This document shows positions 19,801 through 31,800 of a stretch of DNA of 46,714 bases, piece after piece. Where the stretch lies: the NCBI GenBank assembly GCA_964434475.1, contig CAYSVS010000004.1, positions 1 through 46,714 of the forward strand. Direction: 5' to 3'. The position numbers and the translations under genes were made by a program. Every line of letters starts with the position of its first letter. The stretch's first letter is position 1. This DNA is from an uncultured Methanosarcinales archaeon (GTDB lineage Archaea > Nanobdellota > Nanobdellia > Woesearchaeales > CAYSVS01). The notes beneath the pieces were generated by a model. The model saw only the letters and a program-made list of their open reading frames with translations. It searched no databases and had not been told where the DNA came from.

Positions 19801-22800
19801 ATATAGGCGCATCCACTTACATATCCCCCAATACCTGCTCCTGATCCTGATGGTGCAGTGCTAACTTCTCCTGGACAAACTCCGCAGTCAATAGGGCAAT
19901 TTTCGCAAGTTTCTCCTGGCTGACATATGCCGTCTCCGCAGCAGTCAGGATCTATCAAGACACATACAGGATCAAACGCGCTGCATACGCCATCGCTTAT
20001 ATTATTGCAGCTGCACTTTTCCATGCTTGGATCACATTGCAATCCTATGCTGCATCCATCCTGTTTTAGATTACAATCCGCACAATCACAGCTTTCATTA
20101 AATCCGCAGATATTATCGTTGTTGCAGTTACTAGGTCCAGTATCTCCACATGTTCCGTTTCCTTGACATATCTGTCCGCTTAAACAGCCTGCATCATCAG
20201 GGCAAGTGATGCAGTTTTCTCCTGCATCAATTACACCATCTCCGCAAGAATCACACACATCTCCAACTCCGTTGGCGTTGCTGTCATTTTGGTCAGGGTT
20301 ATATATGCTTGGACAATTATCACAAGTTTTTCCAACAAAGAAATTACTTGATATGCCTTCTGTATATCCATCCATGTCCATATCCATAAATGCGCAGCTC
20401 CATCCTGTGCTTTTGCTCGATGCATTATTGCACACAAAGAACAACTGTTTATCACTGACTACGCTGTAATTGTTAGAATCAGTCGCATTTATCCTAATGA
20501 AATACATGCTGTCGTTATTGTATATGTTTGCAGGCAGACTTACTGCTTTAGTGCAAATATTGTTTGAGTCTCCAAAGTTGTTAGCATATACTGTATTGTC
20601 ATTTTCATCCAATATCTCTATATTGCAGTTAACTATGTTGTCTGCAGTAAAGTACGCGCTTATCGAATCTAGTACATTTATCGAACCATTATAATATGTT
20701 CTGTTAAGCTTTGTTGTTTGGTTGAATTTAGGAATTATTTTTACAGTGATATTATCCTCTATAACATTTCCTTTGTTTCCTGCTATATCATATGCATACG
20801 CTTTAACATTATAGGTTCCTGCTTCATTTATACCATAGCTTAATTTGCAGTTGTTTACAGTTGTTGAATACGCTTTTTGTCCTGTTATATTTATTACGCA
20901 ATAAGCTATGCTTCCTTCTCTTGCTTGGTTTTCAATAATAGGGTCTGAACCATTGACCAATATCTGCAATGCGTCTCCTTTCTCTAATAAGCCATCGCTT
21001 GGTTCGATAAATATCCCATTCATCACAGGCGCATTATTGTCTACAACTTCTATATTCAATGTTTGTTCTCCTGTAAATTGCTGTGTTCCTGCTAAGATGC
21101 CATAGCTTGTATCATTTAAAACAACATTAGCAGAAGGTATCATTACTGTTATGCTAAACATAGAAGTAGATGATCCACTATAGCTGGCCAATACAAATCC
21201 GCTTGTTGGATTCTTTTCTGTAAAGCTCCATCCGGCAGGTGAAGATGAGATAATCTGTGCATTGGCTATATCTGCGGCATTAGGCAAAGGATTAGCAGCT
21301 GTTCCTATGAATATGTCAGCAGCATTTGTAGCCTCAGCATTATAGCTGAACGTAATATAATAATCATTGCCTTTTTTCAACCTTCTTGTGTAGCTTGTTA
21401 TGCTTAGTTTGCTGTTTAATCCGCCTGTCATTGTACTGCTTAAGTTTTCTGCATCATGGCTTATTGTTCCTGTGCCTGTTATTGCTGCAATTTCGCAGAT
21501 TGCATAACAATCTTCATCATAGCAGTCTATTTTGCCATCAAGATCATTATCTATATTATCATTACATGTTGCTTCAACAGCTTCATAATTGCACACTTTA
21601 CCATCAGCTCTGAATATAACATTATTACAATTCCCGTCCCTGCAATCTGTATTTCCATCATTATCATTGTCAACGCTATCGCTGCAATAAAATGTTGTAT
21701 TTTCAGATATTGTCTGTGTGCAAGTGAATCCTTGCCTGTTCTTGAGCATATTGTTGCAATCTGTATCTGCGCAATCTATATTTCCGTCATGATCATTATC
21801 TATTCCATCAAAGCAGCTGTTCCAAGTAGTATTCTCTATGCTTGGGCAAGGTCCGCAATTTCCGAACTGTTGATGACAATCCTGATCATCGCAATCCATT
21901 TTTAGCGGAGGATAAGTATTCAGAACATTATCTCCTGCTCTTTCATCGTTGTCAAAAACATCATTACAATAATGATCAGACAATCCTAATGTGTATAATG
22001 CCTGGTCAAACTCTGTCTGCTCACATGTTTTTCCTGTGGCAGGATTATAAACTCCATAACAATCAGGATCATCGCAGTCAAATATTCCATCTAGATCATT
22101 ATCTATTCCATCAAAGCACCAGGTTGGCTGCGGATTATATCCTTTGTTTCCGTAATCTGCGCCGCTGTATTCATTTATAGCACACGAGAAATTATGCGTG
22201 CCGTTACCGAAGTTTCCGTCCGCATTGACATTATTATAGCAGTCATAATCACTGCAATCAGCTCCAAGATTGAATGTCCTATATCCGTCATTTTTATACG
22301 ACCATCCTGTCGCATCCAATTGGTCTCTATCATTGTCAAAATTGTCCATACAATTTGTTTCTTTTCCAAGCTGGCACTGTCCAATACCTTCTCCTGAAAC
22401 ATTTATGTATGTGTTGTTGCAATCAACATCATAGTTTGCAGTTGGCGCTGCACAATCTATTCCTGCACCTCCTGCATTGTTTAATGTAAGTCCGTTTGCA
22501 AGATAATTATCCATGTCATTATCTACACTATCATAGCACCAGTTGTATTCTGCAGGACAGTATGTTGCATTACACATTCCGCTTTGGTTGCTCTCTTTGT
22601 TCGGCACTACAATTTCATATTTACAATTATAATCGTCATAATCTCCGCTGTATGTGAAATTCGTTCCATAAAATAACTCATGCCCTTGTTCATTATTGCT
22701 CCAGCCTGGTTTATACATAGTATTTGCATCCCTATCTCTGTCGTTGTCAAAGCTGTCATTACATGTTAATTCATACGCAAGCTCACACCTTCCACTGCCG

Positions 22801-25800
22801 TCTGCAAATGTCAATTCAGTAAGATTACAATCTTCATCAGGTTCATAATCTACCCATCTGCAATCTATTCCTGCGCCATAGCTTGTATTCTGCGTACCAT
22901 AAAGATAATCAGTTGTTCCAGGCCTTTGGCTGAATTCATAATAATCATAATCATTGTCTATGTTGTCTGAACAATTATTGCCTTTTTCTTGTGTTACTCC
23001 AACACTCCTGCAATGTTTTTGACAGTCATACTCTGCTGAACTGAAAGTAGGCAATGTTTTTGAATTGGCCATTGTGTCTATGTCGCAGTCTGCTTTCTGG
23101 AACGCGTCATTGTTGAAGCCATCATTACAATTAAGCTCAAACTCATATTCGCATAACAAGGAATCATTGGTCAAGCTTCCGATGCTCATGTTGCAGTCAG
23201 GATCCTTGCAGTCATACAGATCTATGACTCCGTAAACACCATAAGCTTCGCTGTTTGGCCTTATGTCATAAGGTCCAGATACATAATCCCAATCATTGTT
23301 TATGCTGTCTGCACAACTATATTTGCTTATGTTCTCTTCCTCAGGACATCCTTTATCACTTTGCCTGAAACAATCGCTTATATCGTGGCAATCAGTTCTA
23401 TCAAACGCATCATATATGTTTGAATCCCAATCATTATCATACTCATCAGTACAATTGCTTTCATTTTGATAATTGCATTCTGCTTGCTTTGAAGTAAAGA
23501 AATTATTTTGCAAAGGTCCTATGCTATTGTTACAGTCTATGTCATAGCAATCTTTATTATCATCCAAACTTGTTTTACCTAAAATATTATTGCCCATGTC
23601 CAGATCATTATTGCTGCTGTCCGCACAAACCTGTCCGCTAAAGCTTGCAGTTTCAGATTCGTCATCATTGCTCAATGCAGCATTGTCAAAGTATATCCTG
23701 AACTTGGTTTGAGTAGAATCCTCTTCGCCATTATATGCTATTGCCACTTCTATTTCTCTTGAGAAGCTGCTGCTTATCTTAGCTTCATCAAACGTAATGT
23801 TGAAAACAACATCTATGGCGCCGGTGTTGCAATCTCCGCTATAACAACTATAACCTACAGTATATACTCCGTCTGCAACATTTGTTATCTGCAGTGATTT
23901 ATTTCCTGGAATTGTTCCATAGTAATTTGCGGCTTTTACATCAGGTAAATTCTTTATGCTTATTGTGAAAGGTCCGCTTTGCCTACCGCTTGTTTTTGTC
24001 AATCTTATCTTAAATTGTCCGGTTGGCTTATGGTTTATCGTATTTATGTAATTAGTATTTGTCTTGGTTCCTGTTGTACCTGAATGTAAATTATCTGTAT
24101 CTGCATAAGTTACAGCTCCTGTGATTAAATTTGTTATGCTTTCGATTCCTATGGCTAGACTTGTAGGTCCGAATCCTACGAAATACCTGTTGCTGAAATC
24201 TGTGTCACAATGCGGATCAGATATTCCTATACAGTCATCATCATCACAGTCTATTGCTCCATCGCCGTCATTATCTATTCCGTCTTTACAGTTTCCTTCA
24301 ACCTTTGCTCCGCCTTTTGTCCTCAATGCTCTTCTTTGGTCTCCTTCATATGTGCATGATGCAGTGTTGTTCATGAACTGGAATTTGTTATCATTCTTAC
24401 AGCTTATGGCTCTTGTTACATCGTCCAATGTCCAACTATTATTGTGCACATATATCCTGTTGTTTTTTGTCTCATTATATGTTATATTTCCGTTGCTCTT
24501 CAAACTGCAGTTCAGCAAAGCCCAAGGCAGATAGCCGCCATTATCTACATTATAATTTATTTTGTCTGCTGTTGTAATTGTATAATTTAAGGAATAATCT
24601 TCATACATTTTTGTTATTCCTGTTATGTTTATTGTCTTTGTATCATTTCCTGTCCTGAATACACATTCTAATGTCTCTGTTGAAAATAAGCTTAGATTTT
24701 TGAAATCAATAAAGAAAGTATGCAAATGAGTTCCAGCCAATCCTGCTGCATAAGGTTCATAGATTCCGTACGGAGGAATTATACTGTCCCATGGCGGATA
24801 ACCAAATAAGCTTAAGTTCTGCACTTTATCCTGGCTGGTGCTTCCGCTTCTGCAGAATATCGCTGCTGTTATATTGGCTTTTCCTCCGCCTATAGCTGTT
24901 ATGTTAAATGTTGTAATGTTGTTTTGGTCTTCTGTTAAATTTCCTATATATTTCGAGTCTCCATTATTGTTGTTGAATTTTGTTTCATCATAATATATGC
25001 TTATGTTGCAATAGCTTAAGTTGCCTTCTAATGCGGTTGCATTAACAACAACATTAAATGTTTGACTTCTGTTGATTATAGTATTGTTCAAAGGGTTAAG
25101 TATCTTTATTGTGCTGTTTCCACCTGTGTTTAATATGGTAAAGTTAACACTTTCGCTGTCATTGACCAATCCTGCACTGTTGTTTGCTATTATCAATGCA
25201 TTATATACTCCAGTCATCAAAGTATTGTTGAACAACAATTGATAATTTTCTTCAGTATAGTTTTCAAGATTATACTCTATTGCTTGCTCAGTTACTGGAT
25301 ATGTTATTCTTACTATTGCACTCTCTACTCCTGTAGGATCTATTATTCTTGCACTTATGTTTACTGTTTTTGTTTGATTAGTTGCATTAGGCTCTGCTTT
25401 TACGTCCAAAACCATAGGTGTACCATTATAATAAAATATCCAGCTATATTCATAAACTGTATTGCCAAACTCATCTTTTGCTAAAGCTATAACTGTATTG
25501 TTTCCAGATTTTAGGTTTATTGTTGCATTATAATCTGATGTTTCTGTTATTGAGCTTATGTTGTTTACTTCAACGTCTGATCCTGACTCATAAACAGTTC
25601 CTATTACAGTATAATTTTTTGTTGCAACATATTTTTCTCCATTGCTTATGGTGATAACTGGCGGCTGCTGGTCCAATCCTTGTATGCTTGAGTTAAACAA
25701 TTTTTCATAATAATATTTGCCTGCTTCTACTTTAACTTTATAGTTGATAAACAACCCTGGCTGCTTTGCTTTTACAGTAAATTTATGGCTGCTGTTTGCA

Positions 25801-28800
25801 AGATTGACTTTTTTAGTATTGTTTAAGCTTTCATGATAAGGTTCTTGTATCTGTATACTTACATTCACATTTTGTATGCTTGTTGTTGTGTTGGTAATGT
25901 TTACGTTCACATCAAAAGTATCATTTATCCATAAGAACTGTCCGTCTGTGTTTATGTTTATGCTTATATTGCTGTCAAAGCTGTGGTTAATCGGAACTTT
26001 AGATTTTGCCATGTTATCTTTTGTGTTTGTCTCCATAGGAAGCTGCGATGCTCTCACTTCTATGTTATCAAAGCTGGTTGTGTCTGCAGTATAGCTAAAT
26101 TCTACTTTTCTTTTTTCTCCTGTACTCAATAATTTTGTCTGGCTGTCTTTTTCTATATTATCAACATACAATTTTACTACGACATTATTTTCATCCTGTG
26201 TTCCTGTGTTTGTCACGCTTGCATTTACATATACTGTTTTTGTTGTCATGCTTGTTGTGTTGGATATTACTATGTCTGTTATCTTAACATCCCTTTCTGG
26301 ACTGCTTATATTCAGATAATTGGTTCCGTTTATCCTTCCCACTACTCCAACTATATCTTTGAAATAACCTTCTATAGAATAATTGTCAAACATTCCTGGC
26401 ACTATGACAAACTCTATCTTATATTTCCCGTCATTACTTAAATCATCTCCGTGTATTGCATCATCATATAATGGTATATCTAAACTTATATCCTTATAAT
26501 TAAAGTTTGATGTTTGTCCGTTTACTGTCGCATTCATTGTTATCAGCACAAGATCATTCTTATGCAATGTGCCTGTAGCATTATGCTCTATAGAAAATAA
26601 TACTTGCGGACAATCTGGATCAAACTGCTGGCAATATTCATCTCCTGTAGGGCATATGAAATCAACTTCAGTATTGCAGCTGCATAACTCATTGGTGCTG
26701 CTGCATATCAACCCAAACATGCAGCTGTCTTGTTTCCCATAGCAGTCAGAGCAATTACAAGTTTCATTAACTTCACAGATTCCATTATTGTTGCATTGTG
26801 CCATATTCACTAATCCGCAGGTTGCATTCTCTTGGCATACTAATCCATCAGTACATCCTGCATCATCTGGACATGTTTGGCAAGTTTCTCCCGCGTCTAC
26901 TGTTCCATCACCGCATAAGTTTGTACAGTCAGGATCCAAAATCCTGCAGTAATAATCTTGCGTAGGGCATATTCCATCAGAAATATAATTACAATCACAT
27001 TTTTCTTGTGTTAAGTTGCATACATCTCCGTAATAGCATCCATCTTGCTCGCCATCACAATCAGCACAGCTGCAGCTTTCATTCGCTTGACATATTCCGT
27101 CGTTGTTGCAGTTCGTATTTTCTTCTATTGAACAGCTTCCATTGACTAGACAATTATAGCCTCTCATGCATCCTGCGTCTTTTGGACATGTTATGCATGT
27201 TTCTCCTGAATCTATATCTCCATTACCGCAAAGATTAACTTCTATATTATGTACTGTATCTTCGCTGCTTCCACCATACCAGCAGCTTGTTTGTGCTCCT
27301 ATGTCGCTGAATCCGAATTTGGTTGCGTTCATCGTGAATTTTAGGATTGTTGAAGAATCATTTAGTTCAATTATCGTCTTGTTATTTTTTAACGCTGTTA
27401 TTACTGTTGTATTTATAGGATATATCTTTACAGTGCAATTACTTACATTGCCTGTTGAATTTATCTGTACGCTTAGATTGAAATTACTGCCTTCATAATA
27501 GCTTGCTCTATCTTCAGGCAATATTATTTTTGTTGTAGTATTCCCGAATCCAGGATATGTTGATACAGTGAAGTTTATTTTTTCAGTATTGTTTATATTG
27601 TTGAAAGTGTCATTTGCTATTATTGTTACATTGTATTGCCCTGTTAACATCGTGTCTGTGAATGAGTATGTATATATGTCAGATATATTGGCTGCAACAA
27701 AGCTATTATTAACAAATCCGCCAGGATAGATTATGTTTACTAATACTGTGTCTAGTTCTCTGTCATCAGTAACATTTGCGCTTATGTTTACTATATCGTG
27801 CTGCACTAACGTGTTGTTTGTAATAGTAAGATTCTCTACTTTAGGATTTTCGTAATCACTGCAAATATTACCTATTCCGTCTGCATTAGTATCTAATTGA
27901 TCTGGGTTATATGTGTCTGGACAATTATCGCAAGTTAATGTTGTTCCATATAATTCAGTGAATATTCCTTCTACAGCTCCGTCCTGGTCAAAGTCTGCAA
28001 ACGCGCAGCTCCAGCCATCGCCTTTGCTTGATAGGTTGTTGCATACATAGAACACAGCAAAATTCGATTCTGCTGCATCATTGTCATTGTCTGTTATGTT
28101 TGTTTTTATAAAATACATTCCGTCATTTAATGTTGTTAAATCTATTGTCTTGTTGCAGTAAGCTATATTGTTGCTTCCTTCTTTGTTTACAGTGAAACTT
28201 TCATTGAATTCTTTTGATGAATTATAGATTGCAACATTACAGTTACCATTGAATACATTATTTGTTGCTGTGATAAAGCTTGAGTTTATCTTTAATGATT
28301 CTGTTGATCTATAGAACGGCTTAGTCTTGTCTACACTGATAGATTGCGCTATTGGCTGGACGTTTACTGCTATTGTTCTTGTTCCTCCTTCTGCTCCTAT
28401 ATTATCTGCTCCGTCTTCTGCAGTTGCTTTTATCTGCAATGAATCAATGTCAGTGATATAATTGTTTTCTGTATAGATGCAATTTCCATTGCCTGATGTT
28501 GAATGTTGCGCACCATTAAGATCGAATGTACATTGGCATATTCCGCTTGCATCATTGCTTGGGATTGCTCTGAATGCTATTGAGCTTCCATAGGTAACAT
28601 TCACATTATTGCCTAATTCTCCGCCAATCTCTATTTCTGAAATTGTTGGCGCAGTATCTTCTAATGAAGCTGCAGTGAATGTGTTTCCTGTGCTTGGCGT
28701 GCTAACATCGTCAATTCTTGTAAGCAGATCTATTAAATAAGTTTCTGAAGCTACTGGTGTAGCATCTAATGTACAAGTTAATTTTATATCTTCTCCATAG

Positions 28801-31800
28801 AACGTAGTGTCTTTCTTGCTTTTTATAACTCCTGTATCTCCGTTTTCAGGCAACCATTCAAATCTTGTTGTATCATTTAATACGCAATTGGTAAGATCAA
28901 AAGGATAGTTTTGAGCGCCATTCTCGCCTATGTATATGTTATAGCTAGTATATGCTAATCCATTTTGATTAAATATTTCTATGGTGTGTGTTGTGCTTAT
29001 TCTGCTGTATCTTTTTTGTTTGACTTGTATTTCAGAAACCAAATTTTTTGTTTGATAGCTTGGCACATTGATGCAAGCTCCATTAGGATTCCAATCTAAT
29101 GCATGGCAGCTTCCTACACCAAAGCAATCATTGTCTATACAATCCACATAATTATCTTGATCATTATCTATTGCATCATTGCATGTTGTTTCTGTGCCAT
29201 ATTCGCATGCAACTCCGTATGGTCCTAGTTTAGTGTTGCAGTTGGAGTCTTTACAATCTGCATTTCCGCTTCTATCATTATCAAATCCATCTGAACATAA
29301 TGCATCTGTATCTTCTGAAGTTTCGCATGTTGCAGCATATGTTAAGCTTCCTAGCATCCCATAACAATCACTATCATCGCAGTCTATATTACTGTCCCTA
29401 TCATTATCTGTGCCATCTGCACATGAATCGTATGTTATATTTTCTACGCTTGGACAAGGTCCACAATTACCAAATTTCTGATTGCAATCACTGTCTGCAC
29501 AATCCTTTGGCCCGTCTCCGTCATCATCTTGATCATTATTACAATATTGATAGCCTAATGTAAGGTTAAACTCTTGCTGTGCACATGTTAGACCTGTGTC
29601 TGGATTAATTGCACCCAAGCAATCTATGTCTGCACAATCTATTATATAATCAAGATCATTATCTATTCCGTCAAAGCATTGCGAATCATTTATAGTGCCG
29701 TCAGCCAGCCTATTTTCTTTAGCAGGACAGTTAGGATTTCCTGCGCAGTCATAATCCCTGCAATCCTTTCCTGTGTTAGGATCAGTATCCATGACTCCTT
29801 GTCCATTATCATAATCATTATCTATGCCATCACTACAGTTAAGCTCTACACTTGGACATGGATGGTTAACAGGATCATCGTTTATTCCTCCTTGTCCCCA
29901 ACAATTTGTTGTATCGTAGCAATCTGTTCTTCCGTCCCTATCATTATCAAAGCTGTCTTTACATGTTGTTGGATAATTGGCTGCTTTACCCTCTTGTCCG
30001 TACTCGCAATAAACTCCTGGTCCTCCTAGCTTGCCATCGCAATCAGGATCAGCGCAGTCTATCTTTCCGTCTCCATCATTATCAAAGCCATCATTGCAAG
30101 TTACCTCTGTTCCGTATTCACATACTGCACTTGATCCAACATTTCCTATCTCTCCATCACAATTGATATCTCTGCAGTCAAAGTAATTGTCTAAGTCATT
30201 ATCTACTGCATCAGCGCAAGGATAATTCAATCCTATGTCTGCATAAGTTGAGCTTTCATCATCATTTGAAGGTGCATTGCTGTCAACATACAATTCATTA
30301 TTCAGCACATCTCCAGTTCCTCCATATTGTACTATGCTCATGTTGAAGTGATGCAATATTTCTGCAGCACTATTTAGATTGACATACATAACTATCTTAT
30401 CCCATCCAGTATTTCCTGAAGGGGCTGTTGTCTTGTATGTTGTGCTTGAATCTAGAATAGTATCAGTATCATATGGATATGTTACAGGATCAGCAGTATA
30501 ATTATATCTTCCATAAGTTGAAAATGTAGGCATATCTGTTATAGCTCTTCCGAAAGCTTGTCCACCGACAGAATATCCACTGTCAAACAATATCTTGAAT
30601 TTGCCATTAGGTTGTACATGCTCTGTATAATAATAGCTTAATGTTTTCCCTCCTACTGATGTTGTGCCTTGGCAGATGTTTCCATTGCACGGGGTAATAT
30701 CATAAGCAGCCATAACTGTAAATGCATTTATTATGAAACAACCGAACAATATCACTGCAGTTATTGATGTAATGTATTTTCTTGATAATGTTGAGTTAAC
30801 GCTATATGCTAGCATGCTTGTTAATGTAAACATGAACAACCATACCAAAGGCATGAATCCTGGCACTTTAGGATTTATAGGATTAAAGTATGAAATCACT
30901 TCTGCTAATTCGCTATGCCTTGCAGTATAATTGAAAGCTCCATATGTTATGCCATTACAGCTTATATCATCAAAGTCAGTATATCCGTCTGCGTTATTAT
31001 CTATGCCGTCTGAGCATTTGCCTTCTACTTTTATGTCTTTATACATGTTCATTGCAAAAACAACATCTCCGTCATAATCGCATTTTACTGTGTTGTTCAG
31101 ATATTCTCCTTTTTGTCCTAACCAACATTCCCAAGCGTTGAAAGCGTCATCATAGTCATTGTCAAAACCATACCACTCATTATCGTGAACATATATTCTC
31201 TTGTTTTCAGCTTTATTGTTTTCATTATCTCTATGTTCTTGGTTGTCTGTTTTTAATGTCTCATTCTGCGAGAATATTGAGCAGTTATGCACCAGCCATG
31301 GCTTGTTTTTATCTATCGGATCTGTTATTTTTATAGTGTAGTTAAGATATTCGACTCCTTCAATTATTGTTGTTGTTGTCTTGTTTAAGCTAAATAGGCT
31401 GTTGTCAGATCTTTCTATCACACACTCTATTATATTACCATTATATGTTGTATAGTTTTCAAATGTGATGTTGAATTCAAACAGATGCATGCCGAATAAT
31501 CCTGCTGCTTCTGGCTCATAAACACCTTCAGGATAATTTATTTGAGTCCAATTCCCTTTTCCACCATACCAACTGCTATTATCTCCACAAGTTACATCGC
31601 CATATACTGGATGCGCTTGTCCATAATCATAACATATTGTATTATACACACAATCTGTTGCATCATCGCAGCATCCAACACTTGCATCGTTTGCAGTTCC
31701 GTTTGAATATCTGATAAATTCATGATGGTCATCCTGACAGCATCTTGATAATGCTGTAAACCACATAAATGTTGGTTCTGCTTCACAATATGATTCGTTT

